The notes under the pieces are model-generated. The model was not told the origin of the DNA. It saw nothing but the letters and a program-made list of their open reading frames with translations, and searched no databases. Shown here one piece after another: positions 1 to 9,024 of a DNA stretch of 32,000 nt. Where the stretch lies: contig NC_000917.1 of NCBI RefSeq assembly GCF_000008665.1, positions 420,001-452,000 of the forward strand. The letters are read 5' to 3'. Positions within the stretch are counted from its first letter, which is position 1; each line of letters starts with the position of its first letter. Origin of the DNA: Archaeoglobus fulgidus DSM 4304 (GTDB taxonomy: Archaea > Halobacteriota > Archaeoglobi > Archaeoglobales > Archaeoglobaceae). The translations under genes and the position numbers were made by a program.

Positions 1-339
1 GGATGCGGAATGTGCGAGTCAGTTTGCCCCAAGTCAGCCATTAGCGTATATAGAAACGGAAAGGACTTCGAAGTGGAAATCAACGAGAACTGTGCCGTCT
101 GCGGAACCTGCAGCGACTTCTGTCAGTTCGGGGCTCTTAAATTCTACAGAAACGGTAAAGAAGGTGGAGTGTATACAGAAATTTTGAAAGAAGAGTTGGG
201 ATTTAAGAAAGTAGATGTAAATCCTCAAGATTGTATTTTATGCTCACTCTGCATGAAAACCTGCCCAAGAGATGCAATCAAGGTTATCAGGTCTGTTGAC
301 CTCAAGAAGCTGAGGAGAGGAGAGATAAGCATAGGTTAG
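1..339 (+). CDS. Polyferredoxin, upstream segment (5' end outside window; ends at in-frame TAG 337-339)
   Basis: Frame 1 is open from base 1 (GCGMCESVCP...), so the ORF-track Met at 10 is internal to a Cys motif. Three [4Fe-4S]-type motifs are present: CGMCESVCP, CAVCGTCSDFC and CILCSLCMKTCP. Confidence 0.75.
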   Translation, partial: GCGMCESVCPKSAISVYRNGKDFEVEINENCAVCGTCSDFCQFGALKFYRNGKEGGVYTEILKEELGFKKVDVNPQDCILCSLCMKTCPRDAIKVIRSVDLKKLRRGEISIG

Positions 340-465
340 GGGTGCATAGAGTGCAGACTTTGCGTTGAGAACTGCCCCACTAAGGCAGTCAAAATCTACC
401 ACGGTAAGCCAGTCATCGACGAAAGCAAGTGTATATACTGTGAAATATGTTCAAAGGTTTGCCCG

Positions 466-1068
466 ATGGACGTCATAACAGTGAGATGCGACTCCTGCAG
501 GATATTCGAGCAGAGGAAGGAGGCTGTCATAGGAACTGTGATAGTTGACGAAGGTTCATGCTCAACCTGCAAAATGTGCACCGAGGTTTGCCCAACTGGC
601 GCAATAAAGGTTGAAAGAATCTTTGAAGGGGAGCAGAAGTGGAGCAAAGAAAAGTGCATCGAGGACTGCACGGTTTGCAGAGACATCTGCCCCAACAACG
701 CAATATCCTATGCCTATGATCCGGAGAAGAGGGTTGTTTTCAGCGACAGGTGCAACTTCTGCGGGACGTGCGAGAGGTACTGTCCCGGCAACGCCATCGA
801 AATAGACAGAAGGCTTAGGGAGGACATAGAGATTGAGTTCAAGAGGGCTGAAAGGAGTAAAAAGAAGGAAATCAGAGTGGGTGAGATCTGCATCGGCTGC
901 GGTATCTGCGAAAGCATCTGTCCGGTCAGTCAAAACGGCAACACTATTGAGATTGTCAACGGTAAAGCTGTCGGAAGGGTGAGTGAAGCTTGCACCGCAT
1001 GCGGTCTCTGCGTGGTTAACTGTCCGGTGGAGACGATAGAGGTTAGGGAGATTAAGGAAGAGTCCTAA
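466..1068 (+). CDS. Polyferredoxin, downstream segment (minimal ORF; coding signal appears to begin at 340, straight after the TAG)
   Basis: Same frame as 1..339. Motifs CSTCKMCTEVCP, CTVCRDICP, CNFCGTCERYCP, CIGCGICESICP and CTACGLCVVNCP. There is no ATG/GTG/TTG in frame between 340 and 465, although that stretch encodes two further complete motifs. Confidence 0.7.
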   Translation: MDVITVRCDSCRIFEQRKEAVIGTVIVDEGSCSTCKMCTEVCPTGAIKVERIFEGEQKWSKEKCIEDCTVCRDICPNNAISYAYDPEKRVVFSDRCNFCGTCERYCPGNAIEIDRRLREDIEIEFKRAERSKKKEIRVGEICIGCGICESICPVSQNGNTIEIVNGKAVGRVSEACTACGLCVVNCPVETIEVREIKEES

Positions 1069-1104
1069 CGAAAAGCAAATATATTTGCATTTTTTCCTTT
1101 TTCC

Positions 1105-1293
1105 ATGGCAAGGAAGGCTATCGTTGACAGAAGAAAATGCGCTTACTGCGGGGCCTGCGTTGCCGTCTGTCCTGCAGATGCAAATGAGCTTGTTGAAACC
1201 TTTCTCGAGATTTACGATGACAGGTGCACCGGCTGCGGAATCTGCGTGAAGATGTGTCCGATGGGAGCCTTGGCCATGGTGGAGGTGGACTAA
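1105..1293 (+). CDS. Small 2x[4Fe-4S] ferredoxin (62 aa)
   Basis: Two canonical motifs, [12 protein letters not shown] and [12 protein letters not shown]. The stop TAA 1291-1293 overlaps the next ATG (TAATG). Confidence 0.85.
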
Positions 1294-2456
1294 TGTACGA
1301 CGTTGTGGTTGTTGGAGCCGGGCCAGCGGGAAGCATGGCAGCGAAAACCGCTGCGGAGCAGGGTTTGAAGGTTCTTCTGGTGGAAAAGAGGCAGGAGATT
1401 GGCACGCCTGTTAGATGCGCCGAGGGAATTAGCAGGGAGAGCATTGAGAAATTCTTCGAAGTGGACAAGAAGTGGATTGCGGCCGAGGTAACCGGAGCGA
1501 AAATCTATGCCCCGAACAAAACCGAAATCGTGATGTCAGAGGAGATGGCTGGCAATGAGGTTGGTTACGTTCTTGAGAGGAAAATTTTCGACCGCCACGT
1601 TGCCAGACTTGCCGCAAAGGCTGGGGCGGAGGTTTATGTTAAGACGGCAATGGTCGATTTTGAGAGAAAAGATGGAAAGGTGAAGGTAAAGCTCAGGAGG
1701 CTCGGAGAAGACTGGGAAGTTGAGACGAAAATTTTGATCGGAGCTGACGGCGTGGAGAGCAAGATTGGCAGAAAGGCTGGGATAATCAAGACCCTCAAGC
1801 TTAATGAGGTAGAGAGCTGTGCTCAGTACCTCATGACCGGTCTCGATATCGATGAGAGCTACACGTACTTCTACCTCGGGAGAGAGCTTGCTCCCGGCGG
1901 CTATGCCTGGATTTTCCCCAAGGGAAACGGTTCGGCAAATGTGGGTATAGGAGTTCTGCCGAAAATGGCCGAAAGGACTGCAAAGGAGTACCTTGACGCA
2001 TTCATCGAGAAAGAGGGTATTGAGGGAAAGATAGTTGAGTTTGTTGCCGGAGCTGTGCCGGTTTACGGAGAAATCGAGACAGCTGTGGCGGACAACATAA
2101 TGCTCGCTGGAGATGCTGCGTATCATGCGGACCCCATTACGGGAGGTGGGATTGCGAACGCCCTGTCTGCTGGCTACTACGCCGGAAAGGTTGCGGCAGA
2201 GGCTGTTCAGAAAAACGATTTCTCGGCAGATTTCCTGAGAAGATATGATGAGCTCTGGAAAAACGACTTCGGTAAAAAGCTGAGAAGAAACAAGAAGCTG
2301 CAGCTCAAGTTCATCGACATGGATGATGCGCTCCTCAACAAGCTTGCAGGGGCGATTGCGGGCAAAAATTTAAGGGAGATGAGCGTTGCCGCGATAGTCA
2401 AGGAGCTTCTAAAGGCGCATCCGAAGCTCCTCTGGGACCTCAAGGACCTTTTCTAA
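1293..2456 (+). CDS. Geranylgeranyl reductase family flavoprotein (digeranylgeranylglycerophospholipid reductase-like)
   Basis: Starts [14 protein letters not shown] (FAD dinucleotide-binding fold). Also [23 protein letters not shown] and ITGGGI motifs typical of archaeal GGR. The ORF-track start at 1224 runs through the ferredoxin gene and is rejected. Confidence 0.85.
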
Positions 2457-4800
2457 CCTTTTTTAATGCAACTCTCTTCACACCCTTTCTCGCAACCACG
2501 ACTCCTGAGGAGTATCTGCCCTGCACTGGAATTGTGGAGGAGTCAATTCTTATGCAGTAGCCGTCCTCACTCATGATAAACACTTCCTCACCATTGCATG
2601 CAGAAATGAACGCCAATTTACCGGTTTTTTCCGAAATTCTGTAACCAATCATTCCCATAGAGCCTCTGCCGATGAACCTGAACTCGTTAACATCGCATCT
2701 CTTTCCGTATCCTCTTTCTGTCAGCATCAGCAAGTACTCTCCTTCAGAAGCGCTCATCCACGCTATCCTATCCCCATCTCTGAGCCTGACCGCAATAACG
2801 CCCTTTGCATTTCTTCCATACTCGGGCACGTCAGTCTCTCTCAGCCTCACAACATTCCCGTTGGCTGTGGCGATGAAAATGCTGTCCCCCTCAAGAAGCT
2901 CGACCTGCTGGATTTCCCCGGCTGAAGCCTTAACTCCTGCCCTCTTGGCGTTCTCGAACTCAATCAGCGGGACCTTCTTAATGTAGCCATCAGGTGAGAG
3001 GATAACTGCAATCTTGCCGTTGAAATCTTTAACACCTAAGGCGGATACAACCTTCTCACCGTTTTCGAGCCTTATCAACCTCTTTAAGGTGGTGCCTCTG
3101 GCCGTTCTGTCCATTTTAGGAATTTCGTAGGCGTTAATCCAGAATGCCCTGCCGGTGTTGGTGAAAATCAGGAGCCTGTCGGTTGAGTTGCATATTCTAA
3201 AGACGGCTATTTCATCTCCAGGAGAGACGCTCGCTCCAATAACGCCAACTCCACCTCTGGACTGCACCCTGAACTCTTCCAGAGACATGCGCTTCGCGTA
3301 GCCTTCTGCTGTAATCAGCACAGCGTTCTCTTCCTCCTCTATGAGGTCGGTCGTTGATATTTCATCCACCTGGCCGATAATCTCAGTTCTTCTCTCATCC
3401 CCGTACTTTTCCCTGATTTCCCTAACCTCGTCTGCAATTATGGCATCTATTTTCTCGGGACTGGCAAGAATTGACTCGTACTCCGCGATTTTCTCTTTCA
3501 AGCTCTCGTACTCTTTAAGGAGAGCGTCAATTTCCATTGCCGTCAACTTCTGCAGGCGCATTTGCAGCACGGCATCCGCCTGCTTTTCGGAGAGGGAGTA
3601 TGTCTCAATCAGCTTTCCTTTCGCCTCGGATGGTGAAGATGAGGATTTAATCAGGTTTATGGCGTTGTCAATGTCTTCAACAACAACCTTCAAACCCTCA
3701 ACAATGTGGAGCCTCTCCTGTGCCTTTTCGAGGTCATAGGTCGTTCTTCTCCTAATAATCTCCCTTCTGTGGTCAACGAACAGTGCTATGAGCTCCTTCA
3801 GGTTGAGAATTCTCGGCTCGTTATCAACAAGGGCGAGGTTTATGATTCCGAATGTAGTCTGGAGGTTTGAGTAGGCATACAGCTTCTTTATCACCGTTTC
3901 CGGATTTGAGCCGGATTTGAGCTCGATTACAACTCTGATTCCCTCCCTATCCGATTCATCCCTTATCGTCCTTATCTCATCTATTCTGTCCTTCGCAAGC
4001 TCAGCTATGCTTTCCACCAGCTTGGCCTTGTTGACCATGTAGGGAACCTCTCTGATTATGATTGCGTTCTTTTCAACCTCAACCTTCCCTCTCACCGTTA
4101 TCTTTCCCCTGCCGGTGAGGTAGGCTTCTTTAATCCCATCCACGCCAACAATCACGCCGCCAGTCGGAAAGTCGGGACCTTTGACGTATTTCATCAGCTC
4201 CTCAACGGAAATTTCGGGATTCTGGATGTAGGCAATAATGCCCTCACACACCTCAGCCAAATTGTGGGGCGGCATGTTCGTGGCCATTCCCACCGCGATA
4301 CCGCTTGATCCATTAATGAGAAGGTTTGGGATTTTTGAGGGCAGAACTACAGGCTCTTTGAGAGTGGCATCAAAGTTCGGCATGAAATCAACGGTGTTTT
4401 TGCCTATGTCGGCCAGCATCTCCTCCGCAATCTTGGTGAGCCTCGCCTCGGTGTACCTCATCGCTGCTGGGGAATCGCCGTCTATGCTTCCGAAGTTGCC
4501 CTGTCCATCCACAAGAGGATAGCGCATGACGAAGTCCTGAGCCATTCTGACGAGAGCATCGTAAACCGCCGAGTCGCCGTGAGGATGGTACTTACCGAGA
4601 ACCTCTCCGACTATTCTCGCTGACTTCCTGTAGGGGCGGTTGCTGAACAGCCCCATTTCGTACATGGCATAGAGAATGCGTCGCTGAACGGGTTTAAGGC
4701 CGTCCCTGACGTCTGGCAATGCCCTGCCAACAATAACGCTCATGGCATAGTCAATGTACGAGCTTTTCAACTCCTCGCTGATGTCTCTGAGCAGCTCCAT
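2440..4800 (-). CDS. gyrA: DNA gyrase subunit A
   Basis: 786 aa. N-terminus reads [31 protein letters not shown]. Catalytic-Tyr motif [16 protein letters not shown] and [11 protein letters not shown] are present. The C-terminal repeats fit a beta-pinwheel domain. Confidence 0.95.
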
Positions 4801-4858
4801 TTTTAACAGTCTGAGGGAGTGTTTAAAACTTTGAGCACTTGAGCTTTGAGCGAAAGAG

Positions 4859-4866
4859 TTTTAATT
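4859..4866 (+). promoter_or_regulatory. TATA box (TTTTAATT) for the tRNA gene
   Basis: A/T octamer ending 23 nt before tRNA position 1 (4890), which is typical archaeal promoter spacing. Confidence 0.5.
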
Positions 4867-4889
4867 CAAGTTGGGCTAAATGGCATTGA

Positions 4890-4963
4890 GCCGAGGTAGC
4901 CTAGCTGGTTGGGGCGCCTGACTCATAATCAGGAGGTCGGGGGTTCGAATCCCCCCCTCGGCA
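4890..4963 (+). tRNA. tRNA with anticodon CAT (elongator Met, or Ile2 if C34 is modified); no encoded CCA
   Basis: Folded by hand. Acceptor GCCGAGG/CCTCGGC (7 bp). D stem GCCT/GGGC. Anticodon stem CCTGA/TCAGG with loop CTCATAA, anticodon at 4924-4926. Variable loop AGGTC. T arm GGGGG-TTCGAAT-CCCCC. Discriminator A at 4963. The G1:C72 pair argues against an archaeal initiator. Confidence 0.9.
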
Positions 4964-4983
4964 TGGTTGAAAAGGTAAAATGC

Positions 4984-4990
4984 TTTTTTT
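4984..4990 (+). terminator. Oligo-T (T7) terminator downstream of the tRNA
   Basis: Run of 7 T about 20 nt after the tRNA 3' end. Archaeal RNA polymerase terminates at oligo-T tracts. Confidence 0.5.
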
Positions 4991-5074
4991 ATGCAGGTTC
5001 GAACCACGAGTGCAGCAACCTTCTGGCTGTTAAATGCGTTTGATGGGAAAAAATTGATGCTTTAAAATTTTGCT

Positions 5075-7129
5075 TTATTTATTACCTCTAAAAGATTTAA
5101 GAGTTACCGGGTTCAGCAAAGCGAGGATGAGTGCTGATACTAAAATTAAGTACTCTGTATAAAATAGGGAAATCAAAAGTAAAATCAATGCTATCGCAAA
5201 AGAAACTCTTTGCATAGCATTTAGATGACCGAAGAGATAGCCTGATATGACTCCACCAGACAAAAGAGCTGCCAAGACTGATGCAAACACTCCAAATACC
5301 ACATTAGAGATAGCAGATAAATCTAGAGATTCAATCGGTAGAATCAGCATCTCCGGTCTTGAGATGAAAGAAAAGGCGATAAACCACCCTATCAAGGCCA
5401 TTCTGAAAGCTTCGATACCAGTCTTCCAGAAGTCCGCCTTTGCGACCGCCGCACCAGCATATGCGGTTATTGCAACAGGAGGTGTTAGTGGTGCAAGGAT
5501 TCCGAAATAGAATATGAAAAAGTGCGCAGCTATTGGTGGAATTCCCATTTCAACGAGAGCAGGAGCAACTGAGGTTGCACACAACACGTAGACGGCTGGC
5601 GTTGGCATCCCCATTCCAAGAAGAATCGTTATTCCAACAACCAGAATTAGCAAAATTACAATATTACCCCCTGAAATTTCGACAAGAAATTGACTGAGAG
5701 TTAATGCGAGTCCGGTGTACGCAAGAACTCCCGCAATAACTCCGGCAAGAGCACACGCTATTGCTACTGGGGTAACTGATTTGAAGCTACTTGCAAGACT
5801 TCTGACTATAATTGATGTCATCTCTCTTGCTCCTTTGAGTACTAACCCTATCCCCATTGTGATGAAGAGTGATATTGCCCCCACGACGACGAGAATGCTG
5901 AAAATATCCAGTCCTGAGGAGGCAAGCGTAAATCCAAGGCCGAATATTATTACTGTAAAGATTACTCCAAATAATTTTCTAATTCCCGCTCTCGTGAACC
6001 ATTCAATAAACAGCGCCGCCATTATCGATGCAACTGCGGCATGTTCTACTGAGTAACCTGACGACAAGACTGAAACCAAAACTACCAGTGGGAGGAGATA
6101 GTACAGCTTCAAAAGCAATGGTCTCAGCGGTGGTAGCTGCTCTCTTGGCACCCCAAAGGCTTTCTGCTTCGATGCTTCCTGGTCAACAAAGATGTAAAGG
6201 GCAAAGTAGTACAGCAGCGCTGGAATTACGGAAGCTACCACAACATCCCAGTATCTGATACCTAAAAACAGCGGCATTATGAAGGCCGCCGACCCAAGGA
6301 CCGGGGGCATCAGCTGTCCACCCGTAGAGGCGCTGGCCTCTATTGCTCCAGCAGTTTCTGGTTTATATCCCGCTCTCTTCATCAGTGGTATTGTAAAAGT
6401 GCCAGTGGTGACCACATTTCCCGTTGCAGAGCCGCTCATCGTTCCGAGCAGTGAGCTGGCAACAACTGCAACCTTTGCAGGTCCACCTTTTCTCGCTCCG
6501 GTTAACGCAAATGCCAAATCTGTGAAGAATTTGCCCACACCAATTTCTGACAACAAAGCTCCAAAAAACATGAAGATGAAAATCATAAATGTGGCTACCT
6601 GAAATGGGGTTGAGAATATTCCCACATTGTAAAGGTATATTCTCGTAACCAAGGACGAAATATCAAATCCCGCATCATACAGACCAATCAGAATGAAAAC
6701 CATGGTTAATACGGCAAGGGCAGCACCAGTCGTCCTTCTACCAGCTTCGAGAAGGAAAATAATTGTTATTAGCCCAAATACCACGTCTATTGTCGTTGTA
6801 ATGCCCATTCTTAGCATTAATTCCGGATACACAAAGAAAATGTACAAACCGCCCGAAGCTCCTACAATACCCATCAACCAGTCGTACCATTTTGCCCCAT
6901 TTTTACGTAGAGGGTGTGTTACAAAGCTTATTAGTATAATCCCAGACAAAAACATGCCCATGTGCTGCATAGGCGTTAGAATCAGATAGGAGGGGACTGA
7001 AAAGCCAAAAAAGTTGCTTAACAGCATAACAACAACGAGGAAAAAACCAAGTGCAAATACGATCATGTAAAGGGCGTATGCAGCGGAAATGAGATTCGTC
7101 ACTCTGTCACTGACATTTGAGTGGTCCAT
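5075..7129 (-). CDS. TRAP transporter fused permease (DctQM-type large membrane subunit, TAXI class)
   Basis: 684 aa and almost entirely hydrophobic G/A/I/L/F-rich predicted TM segments. It lies directly downstream of a TAXI binding-protein gene. A GGGGTGA Shine-Dalgarno sequence sits 6 nt upstream of the ATG. Confidence 0.8.
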   Translation of the reverse strand: MDHSNVSDRVTNLISAAYALYMIVFALGFFLVVVMLLSNFFGFSVPSYLILTPMQHMGMFLSGIILISFVTHPLRKNGAKWYDWLMGIVGASGGLYIFFVYPELMLRMGITTTIDVVFGLITIIFLLEAGRRTTGAALAVLTMVFILIGLYDAGFDISSLVTRIYLYNVGIFSTPFQVATFMIFIFMFFGALLSEIGVGKFFTDLAFALTGARKGGPAKVAVVASSLLGTMSGSATGNVVTTGTFTIPLMKRAGYKPETAGAIEASASTGGQLMPPVLGSAAFIMPLFLGIRYWDVVVASVIPALLYYFALYIFVDQEASKQKAFGVPREQLPPLRPLLLKLYYLLPLVVLVSVLSSGYSVEHAAVASIMAALFIEWFTRAGIRKLFGVIFTVIIFGLGFTLASSGLDIFSILVVVGAISLFITMGIGLVLKGAREMTSIIVRSLASSFKSVTPVAIACALAGVIAGVLAYTGLALTLSQFLVEISGGNIVILLILVVGITILLGMGMPTPAVYVLCATSVAPALVEMGIPPIAAHFFIFYFGILAPLTPPVAITAYAGAAVAKADFWKTGIEAFRMALIGWFIAFSFISRPEMLILPIESLDLSAISNVVFGVFASVLAALLSGGVISGYLFGHLNAMQRVSFAIALILLLISLFYTEYLILVSALILALLNPVTLKSFRGNK

Positions 7130-7160
7130 AATTGGTCACCCCATAAAAAAATTTAAAAAA

Positions 7161-8195
7161 TTACGGTTTTAATTTTTCTGGAACTTCCACGCCTATTTCG
7201 GTCCAGTACTTATAGGCCCCAGGATGCAGCGGAATTGAGATTCCAGCCATAGGATTATCTCTATTTACAGTCTCCAGGAACGGGGCAGATTTTTTAACCT
7301 CGTCAAAATGCTCCCAGTACGTCTTTGTGAACTTGTAAACTAAGTCTTCTGGAACATCCTCGTTCGTTATCAAAATCACGGGTGCTGCAAGAACCTTGAC
7401 ATCCGAGTCCATTCCATTGTAGCTGTCCTTTTTGCCCACATACTTTGAGAAGTACGGATACTTTTCTGTGATCTTATCTGCCAACTCATCGGGAATCTCC
7501 AAGAGTCTAATCGGAGTGCTCATAGACTCCTCGTAGAGGTTTGGATTTGGCAACGAAGTGTGGTGGATAGCTGCGTCAACCGTTCCGAGCTTAACCATGT
7601 TCCATGATTCTGGATCTCCAACATTAACTTTTATAATGTCATCCCATATCCCCGCTTCTTTCAGAACGACCTCGGCAGCAACTGCATCACCACTTCCTGC
7701 CTCACCTATTGCCACTCTCTTTCCTTTTAGGTCGTAGATGGTTTTCATATCGCTGTCCGCTTTAACTATGAAGCTAACGATTAAGGGGTGAGCCGGGGCC
7801 ATAGCTCTAAGTTTGGGATATTTTTCTCCCTCAAAAGTTCCAGTTCCAGTGTATGCGAAGTAGGCCACCATTGAAGTTGACAAGGATATTGGAACCTCAC
7901 CGCTACCCACGCCTCTTGCATTGGCGGCAGAACCACCACCGGGAATTGCAGTTGCGTAAATATCTGGGTTGTATTTAGACACAACACTCGCAATGGACGT
8001 GAGTGCTATGTAATAAGTTCCCGTAGGTGAACCAGTGGTCATTTTTATTTTGTACTCAACCTTTTCTGGAGGTTGAGTAGTTGGGGTCGTAGCTGCTGTT
8101 TCCGTAGGTTTTTCGGTTTGTGTACATCCGCTAAAGGCGATTGAGATCGCCAAGAACAATAGCGCTAATACTTTCCACAACCTAGCTTTTTTCAT
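7161..8195 (-). CDS. TAXI-family TRAP solute-binding protein, probable lipoprotein
   Basis: From Met12 of the track ORF: MKKARLWKVLALLFLAISIAFSGC (signal peptide plus lipobox-like SGC), then a Thr/Pro-rich linker TETAATTPTTQPP. The body has TAXI-like segments (TTGSPTGTYYIAL, GGGSAANARGVGSGE). The alternative start at 8228 would overlap korB. Confidence 0.8.
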   Translation of the reverse strand: MKKARLWKVLALLFLAISIAFSGCTQTEKPTETAATTPTTQPPEKVEYKIKMTTGSPTGTYYIALTSIASVVSKYNPDIYATAIPGGGSAANARGVGSGEVPISLSTSMVAYFAYTGTGTFEGEKYPKLRAMAPAHPLIVSFIVKADSDMKTIYDLKGKRVAIGEAGSGDAVAAEVVLKEAGIWDDIIKVNVGDPESWNMVKLGTVDAAIHHTSLPNPNLYEESMSTPIRLLEIPDELADKITEKYPYFSKYVGKKDSYNGMDSDVKVLAAPVILITNEDVPEDLVYKFTKTYWEHFDEVKKSAPFLETVNRDNPMAGISIPLHPGAYKYWTEIGVEVPEKLKP

Positions 8196-8216
8196 GATTT
8201 GTTGTTGGAAACAAAA

Positions 8217-8224
8217 ATATTTAA
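8217..8224 (-). promoter_or_regulatory. TATA box (TTTAAATA on minus strand) for the TAXI-TRAP genes, containing the korB stop codon
   Basis: Consensus-like archaeal TATA ending 21 nt upstream of ATG 8195, which implies a leaderless or very short-leader mRNA. Confidence 0.5.
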
Positions 8225-9024
8225 ACATTTTCTTTGTTTTCTCCTTTTCTCACGTACATCCTGAGTTTCTCTATTTTTTCACAAAACTCCTCCATCACCT
8301 CCTTTTTGAAAACGCCAATATCAGTGGGCTGAATTTCATCCAGAGAGACGTTGTCCCTCCTTCTGAAGTTCTCCTTCAGATGTTTCAGCAAATCCGCAGG
8401 CTTTATACGCTGATGAGTCGGGCAGCCAGTAACCACCTCAACCACACTGAAGCCGTGATGCTGCATGGCCTCAAAAATGGCCTTTTCTATCCATCTTGGC
8501 TGATAGGCCGTGAACCTCGCAACGTAACTTGCTCCCGCTGCAATCGCAAGCTTTGCAATGTCGAAGGGTCTTTCAACGTTCCCGTAGGGAGAGGTTTTAG
8601 TTTTTGCACCTTCCGGAGTTGTCGGGGCAAGCTGCCCACCAGTCATTCCGTAGAGGGAGTTGTTTATGACAACTGCAGTGAGGTCTATGTTCCTCCTGCA
8701 GGCGTGGATGAAGTGGTTACCTCCAATCGCCACCGCATCACCATCTCCCATAAAAACCACCACGTTTAGCTCTGGTTTGGCGAGCTTGATCCCTGTAGCA
8801 AAGGCCAGAGCCCTGCCGTGAGTGGTGTGGACCGTCTCAAAATCAAGGTACTGCGTTATTCTCCCACTGCAGCCAATTCCGCTCACAACCACTGTCTTAT
8901 CCCTCTCAAAACCCCTCTTCACGGCCCTGATGAATGAGGCGAGGACTATGCCGTTGGGGCAGCCTGCACACCATATCGTCGGCAGCATCTCAGTTCTCAG
9001 GTAATCAGCATACTCTGCCTTCAT
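8221..9024 (-). CDS. korB: 2-oxoacid:ferredoxin oxidoreductase beta subunit (TPP-binding), probably 2-oxoglutarate type
   Basis: TPP motif GDGDAVAIGGNHFIHACRRNIDLTAVVINNSLYGMTGGQ. N-terminal Cys residues (WCAGCPNG, GIGCSG). ATGA overlap with the alpha subunit gene. Confidence 0.85.
   Translation of the reverse strand: MKAEYADYLRTEMLPTIWCAGCPNGIVLASFIRAVKRGFERDKTVVVSGIGCSGRITQYLDFETVHTTHGRALAFATGIKLAKPELNVVVFMGDGDAVAIGGNHFIHACRRNIDLTAVVINNSLYGMTGGQLAPTTPEGAKTKTSPYGNVERPFDIAKLAIAAGASYVARFTAYQPRWIEKAIFEAMQHHGFSVVEVVTGCPTHQRIKPADLLKHLKENFRRRDNVSLDEIQPTDIGVFKKEVMEEFCEKIEKLRMYVRKGENKENV

Noticed and set aside
337-339. TAG in the polyferredoxin read as pyrrolysine
   Set aside because: No pyl genes are in the window, and I know of no Pyl system in this lineage. 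A Cys-motif linker position has no reason to need Pyl. It is kept only as one untested option under the read-through finding.
1224-1292. Long N-terminal extension of the reductase ORF (track start 1224)
   Set aside because: It overlaps the ferredoxin gene in another frame and encodes low-complexity sequence. The canonical FAD-binding N-terminus [14 protein letters not shown] begins at ATG 1293.
4996-5005. GGTTCGAACC, a T-loop-like perfect palindrome 33 nt after the tRNA, as a possible att-site or tRNA remnant of an integrated element
   Set aside because: Only the 10-mer resembles the tRNA T-arm (GGTTCGAAtCC). There is no flanking acceptor-stem sequence, no second copy near 8.2 kb and no integrase gene.
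5075-8228. TRAP transporter genes as a low-GC island next to the tRNA
   Set aside because: Hand counts of a few 60-nt lines gave about 30-48% GC, against about 50% in neighbouring genes. The lowest values are at the A/T-rich 3' end, and the bias fits Ile/Phe/Leu-rich membrane proteins. There are no repeats or mobility genes. This needs a proper windowed calculation.
8196-8228. Longer start (8228) for the TAXI binding protein
   Set aside because: It adds MFKYFCFQQQI ahead of a textbook signal peptide and overlaps korB. TATA spacing favours ATG 8195.
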